A program made the translations under genes and the position numbers. Below are positions 29,827-39,876 of a stretch of DNA of 64,000 nucleotides, piece by piece. A model generated the notes under the pieces. That model was not told where the DNA came from. It searched no databases and saw nothing but the letters and a program-made list of their open reading frames with translations. The stretch's first letter is position 1. The number at the start of each line of letters is the position of its first letter. The stretch comes from Candidatus Levybacteria bacterium RIFCSPHIGHO2_01_FULL_40_16 (lineage in GTDB: Bacteria; Patescibacteriota; Microgenomatia; Levybacterales; UBA12049), in contig MFNS01000007.1 of NCBI GenBank assembly GCA_001783805.1, positions 1,594 to 65,593 on the forward strand. Reading direction: 5' to 3'.

Positions 29827-31425
29827 TTAACCATGGCATATTAACATATCCCCCATAGTAAAGTCAAGAAAAGGAGAGAGGATAACGCCGCCTTCCTGTC
29901 CTTCTCCTATTTTCGAGACAACATTCTTACCTATCCTAACCGAATTGATTGTACTTTCTCCGATAATTTCTTCTTTTCTAATCAATCTAACCTTATCTCC
30001 GCGAGCAACGCGTCCTTCCAAAACCTTAATTCCTAAAACTTTGGTTGCATCATATGGAAAGGATGCCAGGATTTTTGCCCGTCCGTAAATTTCCTCAACC
30101 AGTGCCAATTGTTTTCCTGCCAGAACATCCTTTATCTCCGATATTAACTCGTAGATAATTTTATAGTTTTTGGCCAAAACTTTTTCTTGAGCCGCAAATT
30201 TAACAATTTCAGGCTTAATCCTGGCATTAAAACCCAAAACTATTGCATTAATTGATTTCGCCAGGAGAATATCCGTGGTCGTGATGTCGCCGGTTTTCTG
30301 AAGAGCAATATTTATTTCCGGGGGAAGCGATCTGACAATTGCTTCCAAAGATCCCTGATTATCCGCGCATAAAACAATCGAAAGTGTCGGCACTTTCTTC
30401 TCATTCAAGAAATCCTCCGGCATCGGCATCGCTTCCTGCCCGGAATGAAAAGGCAAAGGAGCAAGTGGCGGAGTTGGAAATGGAGGGGTGACGCCAGAGG
30501 AAGGGCTCCCGACAACGCGGACTGAGCCTGTCGAAGGAGCATTGGCGGGAGGGAAACTGGCGGCAGGACCCCGACCCGCGGAAACAGAACCCACGGATAA
30601 TACTAAACCTCCCACCGGCGGAACTTTTTCAAATCCCGAAACCTCCACCGCTTCCCCAGCACCTGCTTTATCCAAATGTATACCTTTGTCATTAATAATT
30701 GTTCTGACGCGGGCTTTTATCCCTTCGCATTCAATTTCATCCTTTATTGATAATGTTCCGGATTTAATAACTATCGTTGCTCTGGATCCGGATTTTTGAT
30801 CAAGACGGGACTCAATCACAATGCCTTTAAGCTTATTATCCAAACTTGGCTTCTGTTTCATAGCAAATACCAGACTGATTAACTCTAATAATTCTTTGAT
30901 ATTGGTATTGGTTTTCGCGGATACGGAAATATACGGCACATCTCCTCCGTAACCTTCCAATAAAACTTCTTCTTTCACCAATTGGCCTTTGACTTTTTCC
31001 TCCTGAATTCCGGATACATCCGCCTTGGTTAAGACGACAATAAAGGGAATTTGGGCTTTTTTGAGAATCTCAATGCTTTCTTTGGTCTGCGGCATGACTC
31101 CGTCAACCAGAGATACGACCAATAATCCCATATCTGCGGCTTGAGTTCCGCGTCCCCGCATGTGTGCGAAAGCTTCGTGTCCGGGAGTATCAATAAAAGT
31201 AATGTGTTTCTTAATTCCTTCGACGGTAATTTCCACGCTTGAGGCTCCGATTCCCTGAGTTATTCCGCCATGTTCGCGGGAGGCAACATTTGTTTTTCGG
31301 ATTACATCCAAAAGCGAGGTTTTCCCGTGGTCAACATGACCTAAGACCGCAATCACAGGAGGAATTAATGAAGCTACACTAGATAATTTTTCATTTCTTG
31401 AAATTTTATTTGATGTTTTTGCCAT
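29827..31425 (-). CDS. infB: translation initiation factor IF-2 (short)
   Basis: GHVDHGKTSLLD, GGITQ, DTPGHEAF. Confidence 0.95.
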   Translation of the reverse strand: MAKTSNKISRNEKLSSVASLIPPVIAVLGHVDHGKTSLLDVIRKTNVASREHGGITQGIGASSVEITVEGIKKHITFIDTPGHEAFAHMRGRGTQAADMGLLVVSLVDGVMPQTKESIEILKKAQIPFIVVLTKADVSGIQEEKVKGQLVKEEVLLEGYGGDVPYISVSAKTNTNIKELLELISLVFAMKQKPSLDNKLKGIVIESRLDQKSGSRATIVIKSGTLSIKDEIECEGIKARVRTIINDKGIHLDKAGAGEAVEVSGFEKVPPVGGLVLSVGSVSAGRGPAASFPPANAPSTGSVRVVGSPSSGVTPPFPTPPLAPLPFHSGQEAMPMPEDFLNEKKVPTLSIVLCADNQGSLEAIVRSLPPEINIALQKTGDITTTDILLAKSINAIVLGFNARIKPEIVKFAAQEKVLAKNYKIIYELISEIKDVLAGKQLALVEEIYGRAKILASFPYDATKVLGIKVLEGRVARGDKVRLIRKEEIIGESTINSVRIGKNVVSKIGEGQEGGVILSPFLDFTMGDMLICHG

Positions 31426-31493
31426 AATATATTACTAATTTTCAATTTTAAATTTGAAATTTTCATTGAAAATTAAAAATTAAAAATTTTAAA

Positions 31494-32708
31494 TTACTTA
31501 CTCTCATCTTTTTTTTCCTTTGGAATCTCTGGAACTTCTGTTTTTATTTCCTTCGGCTCGCTCGCCTCGCTGGAGCTTTGGCGAAGCGGGTCGGAGCTCT
31601 TTGCGGAGGCGGCTTCTTTTTCCTCTTTCTTTTCTTTTTTTTCTTCAATCTTTTTTTCTTCAACCGGTTTTACTTCCTCTTTCTTAATGGTTTTGCTTGC
31701 CCCTTCGGAGTCCCGATCTAATCGGGACGCAGTAGTGTCCTCTTCGATCTCAATTCTGTAATCGGTTAATTTTGAAGCAAGTCGGACATTTTGTCCATCC
31801 CGGCCGATTGCTAAAGAAAGCTCTTCAACCGGAACAAATACGTGAGCAACTCTTTCTTGCCCTTCCGTAGCTTTAGCGGAGGAGGGTTTGTCCAATTCCA
31901 CTCTGACATTTTTTGCAGGGGACAAAGCTTGGGCAATATAATCCTTGGCATTTTCCTGCCACTGAATAATGTCGATTTTTTCAACGCCGCCGAATTCCGC
32001 AATAATTGCTTGAACCCTGACTCCCCGCTGTCCAACGCAGCTTCCAACCGGATCTATTCCCTGTTGATTTGAGAAAACAGCAATTTTACTTCTGGCTCCT
32101 GCTTCTCTGGCAATATTTTTTATAACCACACTTCCCTTGGCAACTTCCGGAACTTCTCTTTTAAATAATCCTTCCAGAAGTCCGTTATTAGCTCTTGAAA
32201 CAATAATTTCGTCCCCTTTGAGCCCGGTTCTGATTTCCGAAATATAAACAGCTACTCTTTGATTCAAATGATATTTTTCATTGGGAATTTGCTCCGGAAT
32301 CGGCATCAAAGCTTCTGTTTTTCCGACATCCACAATGATATTTGGTCCGGCAAACCGCAGGATCATGCCATTGACAATGGTTCCAACTCTTAATTTATAA
32401 TCTGCAATGATTGCTTCTTTTTCCTTTTCTCTGATTTTTTGCAAAATCACTTGTCTCGCGGTTTGGGCTGCGATTCTTCCAAAACCGGGTGGTGTTACAT
32501 CTTTTTTGCCTTTTAATATTGTTGCTTCACCGGTATTTTTGTCCAAAGTTGCGGAATATTCTTCCAATTCAACATCCGGATGGTCTTTTTTGTAAGCAGC
32601 CAGAATCGCGTTTTTGACAGTGTCCAAAACCACTTCAACGTCAACGCCCCGCTCGTTGGCGACCTGATTTAAAGCTAATAAAAATTCACTTCTTTGAACT
32701 GCCGGCAT
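31494..32708 (-). CDS. nusA: transcription termination factor NusA
   Basis: FGRIAAQTARQV, DPVGSCVGQRG, LAIGRDGQNVRLASKLT. Confidence 0.96.
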   Translation of the reverse strand: MPAVQRSEFLLALNQVANERGVDVEVVLDTVKNAILAAYKKDHPDVELEEYSATLDKNTGEATILKGKKDVTPPGFGRIAAQTARQVILQKIREKEKEAIIADYKLRVGTIVNGMILRFAGPNIIVDVGKTEALMPIPEQIPNEKYHLNQRVAVYISEIRTGLKGDEIIVSRANNGLLEGLFKREVPEVAKGSVVIKNIAREAGARSKIAVFSNQQGIDPVGSCVGQRGVRVQAIIAEFGGVEKIDIIQWQENAKDYIAQALSPAKNVRVELDKPSSAKATEGQERVAHVFVPVEELSLAIGRDGQNVRLASKLTDYRIEIEEDTTASRLDRDSEGASKTIKKEEVKPVEEKKIEEKKEKKEEKEAASAKSSDPLRQSSSEASEPKEIKTEVPEIPKEKKDESK

Positions 32709-32762
32709 AATATTGGCTAGTATACCAGATTCAGAATCAAGCTTCAAGGCAAGAAGAGAGCG

Positions 32763-33281
32763 CTAAGCGGTCACGGGCTGATAAAAATTTAATCCTTCTA
32801 ATAATGTCTCAATTATAATCTTTCTTTGATCTGAAGGGGCTTCATATATGAAATCGTCTTCTTTCTCATAGGAATATTTATATGCTCCTATTGAACCAAG
32901 ACCATCTCTTTTAAAGTTAATATCAGTGGTGCCGCCAATCGCGATATAAGCTTCTTCACTCATTCCTTCCTCCTCAGGCCGCCAGTAGCTAACGTGGACA
33001 TGTCCGCTTGATTTAGTTGGAAAAGAACATTCGTCTTCCAACCACCATTCTCTAGCTTTAAACTCTTCGCCATTAAGAATCTCTGTTTTTTCTGCTTTAA
33101 AATCAATCGTTGACATGGTTGCAAACGTATCGCTAATTGCTTCAAATAATTCTACATCTGTAGGTTCTTTTTTGGATAAGACTGTCAGTTTTTCTAATGT
33201 TTTTGCGCGGTCGGTAACTGGATTATAAAATTCAATAGGTTTTGGCGCCTCATTAGATAATCTTGGGGCTTCAGCGGTCAT
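32763..33281 (-). CDS. hypothetical protein
   Basis: 172-aa ORF with a TTGACT...TATTAT promoter-like sequence upstream. Confidence 0.6.
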   Translation of the reverse strand: MTAEAPRLSNEAPKPIEFYNPVTDRAKTLEKLTVLSKKEPTDVELFEAISDTFATMSTIDFKAEKTEILNGEEFKAREWWLEDECSFPTKSSGHVHVSYWRPEEEGMSEEAYIAIGGTTDINFKRDGLGSIGAYKYSYEKEDDFIYEAPSDQRKIIIETLLEGLNFYQPVTA

Positions 33282-33362
33282 AAAGACAATTTAATAATAT
33301 AAATTCAGCAAATAAAAGTCAAGCTCGCGATTATTTTTAAGAATAAGGACTACACCTTTTTG

Positions 33363-33491
33363 TGTCAAGAGTATGCTGCTATGTAGCAGCGAACTTTCGC
33401 AAACTCTTGCGGACATTTTCAGACGCATTATAAATCCTTAGGTTCAGATATAAACCAGCACCAGGCGTTGACTGGCTTTGGACATAAGGAT
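33363..33491. ncRNA. candidate structured non-coding element
   Basis: Stems caagagt/actcttg, gctgct/agcagc, atcctta/taaggat, gttcaga/tttggac, ccag/ctgg in intergenic DNA. Confidence 0.35.
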
Positions 33492-33512
33492 AACTCTAAA
33501 TAAATAATGCTT

Positions 33513-33684
33513 GCGAGCATTAAACAAAGCGCGTTAAACATTTTTGAGCAAGTTGTCAGGGGGATTCCTCACCCCGATCGAATCGGGATTGAGGAGGGGG
33601 TGCAAATCACCCGACAAAACGAGCCAAAAAATGTAGCGCGACTTTACCGCTCGCAGAGTTTTGGTACTTTTGCGGACAAAAGTA
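33513..33684. repeat. structured repeat copy 2 (diverged)
   Basis: aagcgcgttaaa..gttgtcagggg..ttcctca..ttgagga..cccgac..tagcgcgacttt..ttttggtacttttg..caaaagta. Confidence 0.85.
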
Positions 33685-33694
33685 AGTAAAAAAA

Positions 33695-36151
33695 CTAACT
33701 GTTAATTACTAATTGGAGATTATTAGTGGAATCGACGGAAATGTTAATTTTGTCGCCTCTTTCTATTTCTTCCTTGAGGATTTTTTGAGCCAGAACATCT
33801 TCAATATTATCCTGAATAAACCGCTTGAGAGGACGGGCTCCAAATTGCTCATCAAATCCTTCTTGTGCAATTTTTGCAATTATTTTTTCATCAAAATTAA
33901 CAGTGATGTCTTTTTCCAAAAGTTTTTTAGAAAGGTCGTTAAGCAATAATTTAATAATTTGCATAACCTCTTCTTTTCCCAAGGGCTTAAAAACAATAAT
34001 TCCGTCAAATCTGTTCAGAAGCTCCGGTCTGAATATTTCCTTTTTTTGCAAAAATTCCAACAGCTCTTTCTGAAAAGCTTTATCAATTACCGTTCCTTTA
34101 TTTACCTCCTCACGGATATATTCACTGGCTGCGTTGGAGGTTGCGATAACAATTGTATCTGTAAAAGAAACAATCTTGCCTGTATTGTCGGTCAGTCTTC
34201 CGTCATCCAAAACTTGCAAAAATAAATCAATTATTTTAGAATTGGATTTTTCAAATTCATCCAGTAAAACCAAAGAATAAGGATTTTCGCAAACCGCATC
34301 TGTTAACCCTTTTGAATCCACAACTCCCCCTAAGAAACGCTTCACAGAATCATCGGTTGAATATTCGCTCATATCAAATCTAATCATCTTATCTTCCCCG
34401 CCAAAATAAATGCCGGACAAGGCTTTTGCAGTCGCAGTTTTACCAACACCTGTTGGACCTAAAAATAAGAATGATGTTGGCTTTGTCTTACTACTAAGTC
34501 CTGTTCTTAATCTCCTCAAGGCTTCCGAAACTCCAAAAATAGCATCTTTTTGCCCGATTACATATTTGGAAAGTTCAGTTTCCAGATGAAGCAATAATTC
34601 TTTTTCTTTTTCTTTGGGAGCTCCGACTGCAATCTTGGTTCTGGATTCGACTTTGTTAATTACGTCCTGTTCTTCGATAATTTTTTTGCCCGACATAGCA
34701 ACTGCACTTGCAACATCTTCAAGAAGGGTTACACCTGCACCCGGCATTACGCAGTCCTGTAGATATTTATTGGCAAAATTGCTGGCCACTAGAACCGCTT
34801 TATATAAAATTGTAACCCTGTTGTTTTTTTCAATCTCCATACTTTTCTGTAAGAGCATTTGAAAAGCGACATCTTTATCGGGTTCTTCAAATTTCGCAGT
34901 TTCAAATACGCTTGCTAGGGTAAGTTTTGGTTCAATAAATTTCTTGTAAGATGAGGGGGTGACGTTTGCGATTATTCTAATTACGCCTTTTTGCAAATAC
35001 GGAATTAAAGCGCCCGACAGATTGGTGTTGAATGTTGAAGCGCCCAAAATATTCTCAAAATTCGGAATATAAATAATTATGTTTCCGCTATGAGAAATTT
35101 CCGTGATAATACTTTCCAAACGCTTTTCCAGTTCTCCCTGATTTACTGCTCCGGCCAAAAGAGCATCTACCAAAAGCTCGAAGAATCTTTGATGGCGCAA
35201 ATTTCCTTGCAAGTTCCCGACAAAACTATCATAAGCCAAGGCGTTGACAAAAGAGCCCCGTCCGCTTCCCGGATTTCCCACCAGAAGACAGCTTTTGTTT
35301 CTGCTCAAAGCCTCGACAACCTCCTTATACTCCTTGTCTCTTCCTAAAACCATTGGTTTTTTGTTAACCGCATAAGACGTAATATCTGTCATGTACTTAC
35401 TGGTTTCCAAAGTCCATCCGCTTACCCAACTCTCCCCAATTCCCTCGCCCCAAAAATCTACCCTGAAAGGTTGGGAAACTTGCGGGAAAACGGATTTTGC
35501 CCAAGCGGTAATGTTTTTTAAATCCTCCGTTTTGAGTTTTTTATTAAAAAATAATTTTGTTTTTTCTTCTGTGAGCAATAAATATGAAGCAAAAAAATCC
35601 AATGGATTATTATTATCCACATTTTTAAAAAGTTCTTCTTTGGAAAAATCAATTAATTGGACTTCGGATTTCGCAATTTCTGCTTTTTGCAAAACAAATG
35701 AAATGTCTTGTCTTGAAAGCAGTTCTTTGATAATTTGCTGTGTTGATTTTCCGGAAATATAATCTACCCAGCTTTTCTTAGGTTTAAAAATTGAAAATAT
35801 AGCTAGAATCCACAAAACCGAGAGAAAAAATAAAATCGGGTCTTTATACAATAAAACCGTTAAAACCGGCCAGGAAATAAAACTTATGATAAACAAAAAT
35901 TCTAGCAAAAGTAGTAGTAGCAATAGGATAACATCAGCAACAATAACCCACGTTTTTATAAACATCCCCATTCCAATAGAAAATCCTACCAATCCTTGCC
36001 GATACTCATTCTTCCAAGGCTTGAAATATGTTTTTATGAGAAGAGGCAGAGAAAATAGTTGTAAAAAAGCATTATTTAAGGAAACAAAAAAAATAATTAA
36101 TTTGTTAGGGAAATCTACAAACCAAAATCTTAAAAATCTCAAAGGCAGCAT
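33695..36151 (-). CDS. Clp/Hsp100 AAA+ ATPase with N-terminal membrane domain
   Basis: Two AAA modules (GNPGSGRG; FLGPTGVGKT, RFDMSEY, LLDEFEK, FRPELLNRFD, GARPLKR); hydrophobic first ~120 aa. Confidence 0.88.
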   Translation of the reverse strand: MLPLRFLRFWFVDFPNKLIIFFVSLNNAFLQLFSLPLLIKTYFKPWKNEYRQGLVGFSIGMGMFIKTWVIVADVILLLLLLLLEFLFIISFISWPVLTVLLYKDPILFFLSVLWILAIFSIFKPKKSWVDYISGKSTQQIIKELLSRQDISFVLQKAEIAKSEVQLIDFSKEELFKNVDNNNPLDFFASYLLLTEEKTKLFFNKKLKTEDLKNITAWAKSVFPQVSQPFRVDFWGEGIGESWVSGWTLETSKYMTDITSYAVNKKPMVLGRDKEYKEVVEALSRNKSCLLVGNPGSGRGSFVNALAYDSFVGNLQGNLRHQRFFELLVDALLAGAVNQGELEKRLESIITEISHSGNIIIYIPNFENILGASTFNTNLSGALIPYLQKGVIRIIANVTPSSYKKFIEPKLTLASVFETAKFEEPDKDVAFQMLLQKSMEIEKNNRVTILYKAVLVASNFANKYLQDCVMPGAGVTLLEDVASAVAMSGKKIIEEQDVINKVESRTKIAVGAPKEKEKELLLHLETELSKYVIGQKDAIFGVSEALRRLRTGLSSKTKPTSFLFLGPTGVGKTATAKALSGIYFGGEDKMIRFDMSEYSTDDSVKRFLGGVVDSKGLTDAVCENPYSLVLLDEFEKSNSKIIDLFLQVLDDGRLTDNTGKIVSFTDTIVIATSNAASEYIREEVNKGTVIDKAFQKELLEFLQKKEIFRPELLNRFDGIIVFKPLGKEEVMQIIKLLLNDLSKKLLEKDITVNFDEKIIAKIAQEGFDEQFGARPLKRFIQDNIEDVLAQKILKEEIERGDKINISVDSTNNLQLVINS

Positions 36152-36204
36152 AGATTCAGTATATCACTTTTATTGTTCTTTGAGAGTGGAGAGGCCGACG
36201 AAGA

Positions 36205-36417
36205 TTATTTTTTTCGTTTCTTTTGAAAGAAAAGAATATAAAGAAGAGGTAAAACTCCAGCTGAATTAACAACTGCTAAAAAAATAAACCAATAAAGCTG
36301 ACTATTCCTTGCTGCTTTCCATAAAGCTACCGTCTTTACTATTATCTCAAAAATTGCAACAGTAAAAATTATTGGAAGCAACCAAGATAGATATTGCTGC
36401 TGATCAAATTCCATCAT
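36205..36417 (-). CDS. small membrane protein (DUF5652-like)
   Basis: KTVALWKAARNSQLYWFI...NSAGVLPLLY. Confidence 0.75.
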   Translation of the reverse strand: MMEFDQQQYLSWLLPIIFTVAIFEIIVKTVALWKAARNSQLYWFIFLAVVNSAGVLPLLYILFFQKKRKK

Positions 36418-36466
36418 ATCTTATTTTTACTCCCAATAATTCCTCTTGTCAATATCGGAAGAAAGA

Positions 36467-37360
36467 TTAGAACCAGGAGGATTTCTTGTTGGAATCTTCG
36501 CCCATGAATTCTCTAAGAAGTTCTTTCTGTTTTCCGGTTAAGTGTCTTGGAACTATCACTTTTATTCTGACATAATGATCTCCGCGGCCACTCCCGTGCA
36601 GATGTGGAACGCCTTTTCCCCGCAATCTAATCGCAGTGCCCGGCTGGGTTCCCGAAGGAATTCTAAGTTTTAAATTTCCAGCAACTGTTTCAATATTTAC
36701 CTCTCCGCCCAAAGCCGCTAAGGCGAAGGAAATCTCCTTGACTCCGACAATATCATAGCCTTCTCTCTGAAATCTTTTGTCCGCAGTGACAGAAACAACC
36801 ACATCATAATCACCAAAGCGGATTCTGGAGCCTTCATCAACTCCTGCCGGAATTTTGATTGTTTGGGATTTTTCTCCGATATTGACTTTTTTTGTAGTCC
36901 CGTTGACTGCTTCCAGAAAATCAATGGTTAGGGAATAAGCTTGTCTTCTTTGTCTGCCGAAAGGCGATGCACCACCGAAAAATTGCTCAAAGATTTCAAA
37001 TGGATCATTAAAGCCTCCAAAATCAAAACCTGCTCCGCCGTCTCCGCCGGTTGAATAGGTGTAGGAAAAGGGTCCACTTTGAGCTCCGCCGAAAGGTCCG
37101 CCGGCTCCGCCAAATGGACCTTGACCGGCTCCTTGTTCAAAAGCCGCATGGCCGAATTGATCATAAGTCTGTTTTTTTTGCGGATCAGACAAAACTTCGT
37201 AAGCCTTGGTCACTTCTTTGAATTTGCCTTCTGTATCTTTACCCTTATTTCGATCCGGATGATACTGCAAGGCCAGCTTGCGGTAAGCTTTTTTAATTTC
37301 AGCTTCCGTTGCGTTTTTCGTAATCCCCAGCGTCTGATAATAATCTTTAGCGTCTGCCAT
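36467..37360 (-). CDS. dnaJ: DnaJ chaperone (class II, no zinc finger)
   Basis: J domain with HPD, G/F-rich region, C-terminal domain. Confidence 0.93.
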   Translation of the reverse strand: MADAKDYYQTLGITKNATEAEIKKAYRKLALQYHPDRNKGKDTEGKFKEVTKAYEVLSDPQKKQTYDQFGHAAFEQGAGQGPFGGAGGPFGGAQSGPFSYTYSTGGDGGAGFDFGGFNDPFEIFEQFFGGASPFGRQRRQAYSLTIDFLEAVNGTTKKVNIGEKSQTIKIPAGVDEGSRIRFGDYDVVVSVTADKRFQREGYDIVGVKEISFALAALGGEVNIETVAGNLKLRIPSGTQPGTAIRLRGKGVPHLHGSGRGDHYVRIKVIVPRHLTGKQKELLREFMGEDSNKKSSWF

Positions 37361-37383
37361 ATTATTTTGTAATTATACAACAA

Positions 37384-37400
37384 ACCCCGCCATGCGGGGT
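37384..37400 (-). terminator. putative hairpin terminator after dnaK
   Basis: accccgc-cat-gcggggt followed by a T-rich tract on the minus strand. Confidence 0.5.
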
Positions 37401-37431
37401 CATTAGAAATTAAAAATTAAAAATTAGAAAT

Positions 37432-39342
37432 TTAGTTGACTACTTCTCCCTCAACCGGCTTGTCCTCCGAAGCTTTAGCGGAGGAGGATTCTTCTTCCTT
37501 CTTAGCCTCGCCATCTCCGCCTGCTTGCTGACCAGGCTGCTGTCCTGGTTGCTGTTGGCTCATTGCCTGACCGACTTTTTGCAAACTGTCTGACAAATCT
37601 TTGGTTTTGGCTTCCAGATCTTCTTTCGAACCGGAATCCAAAATCTTTTTCAGCTCCGCTATTTTATCTTCAACCTCTTTTTTAAGATCTGCCTGCACTT
37701 TGTCTCCCGCATCCTTAAGGCTTTTTTCCGCTGTAAAGATTAGGGAATCTGCCATATTTCTGGCTTCAATTTTTTCTTTTTTCTCTGAATCCTCTTTGGC
37801 ATGCATTTCCGCCTCCTTGGTCATTCTTTCGACTTCATCCTTGGACAATCCGGTTGAACCGGTAATCTTGATGCTTTGTTCTTTTCCTGTAGCTTTATCT
37901 TTGGCTTTGACATTCAAAATTCCGCTCGCATCAATATCAAAAGTTACTTCAACTTGCGGAACACCACGGGGTGCCGGAGGAATTCCGTCCAGAATAAACC
38001 GCCCCAAGCTTTTATTATCCGCCGCCATTGGCCGTTCCCCTTGTAAAACATTTATTTCCACTTGAGTCTGATTATCCGCAGCCGTTGAGAAAACTTGCGA
38101 TTTGGAAGTTGGAATAGTGGTATTTTTGGAAATTAAAGGTGTAGAAACCGAACCCAAGGTTTCAATTCCCAAAGTCAAAGGCGTCACATCCAAAAGCAAA
38201 ACGTCCTTAACTTCTCCGCCCAAAACTCCTCCCTGCACAGCTGCTCCGACCGCCACGACTTCATCCGGATTAACCGATTTATTGGCTTCTTTGCCGAAGA
38301 ATTTGGTCACAGTTTCGATAACTTTGGGCATCCTGGTCATTCCTCCGACCAAAACTACTTCATCAATGTCCGTTACTTTTATTCCCGCATCCTTTAAGGC
38401 CAACTCTACCGGCTGAAGAGTTTTCTGCATCAAAGAATCAACAATCTGTTCCATTTTTGCCCGTGTCAAGGTCATGGTCAAATGCAAGGGACCATTTTTG
38501 CCCTGGGTAATAAACGGCTGATTAATTTCTGCCGAACTGGAGCTGGATAATTCGATTTTGGCTTTTTCTGCCGCTTCGCGGAGCCTTTGTAAAGCTTGCG
38601 AATCTTTTCTTAAATCCACATCGTTTTCTTTTTTGAATTCTGTAGCCAGATAATCAATGATTAATTGATCAAAATCGTCTCCGCCCAAATGCGTATCTCC
38701 ATTGGTGGATTTGACCTCGTAAACCCCTTCTCCCAATTCCAAAACTGAAATGTCGAAAGTCCCTCCGCCCAAATCATAAATGGCAATTGTGTGGGCATTT
38801 TTCTTATCCAGTCCGTAAGCCAAGGCCGCTGCAGTTGGTTCATTGATAATCCGCAAAACTTCCAGTCCGGCAATTTCTCCGGCTTGTTTGGTCGCTTGTC
38901 TTTGAGAATCATCAAAGTAGGCGGGAACCGTAATTACTGCCTGCGTAACTTTTCCGCCCAAATAATTTTCCGCATCGCCTTTGATTTTTTGTAAAATTTG
39001 CGCGGATATTTCCTGGGGAGTAAATGTGCGGCCTTCAACTTCCACAACTGCCATTCCGTCCCGGCCGGATTTAATTGTGTATGGCAACCATTTCATATCA
39101 AATTGTACCGATTTATCGGTAAATTTGCGGCCCATTAATCTTTTTATGGAAAAAATTGTCCGCTTGGGTTTGAGGACAATTTGATGTTTCGCAACATCTC
39201 CCACAACGTGGCTGATCGGATCAACCACCGACGGAATAACATTGCGTCCTTCCAACGAATGGATAACTTTGGGAGACCCTCCCTCCATTACCGCAACACA
39301 TGAATTTGTTGTACCTAAATCTATTCCAATTATTTTTCCCAT
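37432..39342 (-). CDS. dnaK: chaperone DnaK
   Basis: [23 protein letters not shown]. Confidence 0.98.
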   Translation of the reverse strand: MGKIIGIDLGTTNSCVAVMEGGSPKVIHSLEGRNVIPSVVDPISHVVGDVAKHQIVLKPKRTIFSIKRLMGRKFTDKSVQFDMKWLPYTIKSGRDGMAVVEVEGRTFTPQEISAQILQKIKGDAENYLGGKVTQAVITVPAYFDDSQRQATKQAGEIAGLEVLRIINEPTAAALAYGLDKKNAHTIAIYDLGGGTFDISVLELGEGVYEVKSTNGDTHLGGDDFDQLIIDYLATEFKKENDVDLRKDSQALQRLREAAEKAKIELSSSSSAEINQPFITQGKNGPLHLTMTLTRAKMEQIVDSLMQKTLQPVELALKDAGIKVTDIDEVVLVGGMTRMPKVIETVTKFFGKEANKSVNPDEVVAVGAAVQGGVLGGEVKDVLLLDVTPLTLGIETLGSVSTPLISKNTTIPTSKSQVFSTAADNQTQVEINVLQGERPMAADNKSLGRFILDGIPPAPRGVPQVEVTFDIDASGILNVKAKDKATGKEQSIKITGSTGLSKDEVERMTKEAEMHAKEDSEKKEKIEARNMADSLIFTAEKSLKDAGDKVQADLKKEVEDKIAELKKILDSGSKEDLEAKTKDLSDSLQKVGQAMSQQQPGQQPGQQAGGDGEAKKEEESSSAKASEDKPVEGEVVN

Positions 39343-39343
39343 A

Positions 39344-39847
39344 TTAATTTGTCTCCTTTTTCCCGACCGCTACTTGCGCCGGGCGTAAAACCTGATCTCC
39401 TATTTTGAATCCTGCTCTTAATTCCTCCATTACTTTGTTTTCATCTCCGGCTGCTGTCTTTATTCCCTCCATTAAATTCGGGTCGAATTCTTTTCCCTGT
39501 GTCTCAATTTTTTCGAGCCCTTCTGTTTTTAATATATCAAAGAATTTTTGAACACTCAACTTTAAACCTTCATCTTCGAGATGCTTACTTGATAAGAGCA
39601 GAAAATCTAAAGCTGGTAAAAGCCTCAAAATTAAATCTTTGTTAGCTTTTATCAACCATTCTTTTCGCTCCTGCGCAACTCTTTTTTCCAGATTTTGGTA
39701 ATCTGCAAAAATCCGTTTTACTTGATTTTCAAGATCTTCGATTTTTTGTTTTAAATGTGCAACTTCCGAATTTTCTGATTTCTGTGTTTCATTTTTTTTC
39801 TGCGCTTCAGTGTTTGCATGCTTTTTATTCTTATTGTCATTTTGCAT
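39344..39847 (-). CDS. grpE: nucleotide exchange factor GrpE
   Basis: ADYQNL.KR, FDPNL.E, GF..GD.VLRPA.V. Confidence 0.95.
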   Translation of the reverse strand: MQNDNKNKKHANTEAQKKNETQKSENSEVAHLKQKIEDLENQVKRIFADYQNLEKRVAQERKEWLIKANKDLILRLLPALDFLLLSSKHLEDEGLKLSVQKFFDILKTEGLEKIETQGKEFDPNLMEGIKTAAGDENKVMEELRAGFKIGDQVLRPAQVAVGKKETN

Positions 39848-39876
39848 TTTTAATTTTTAACTTTTAATTTATTATC

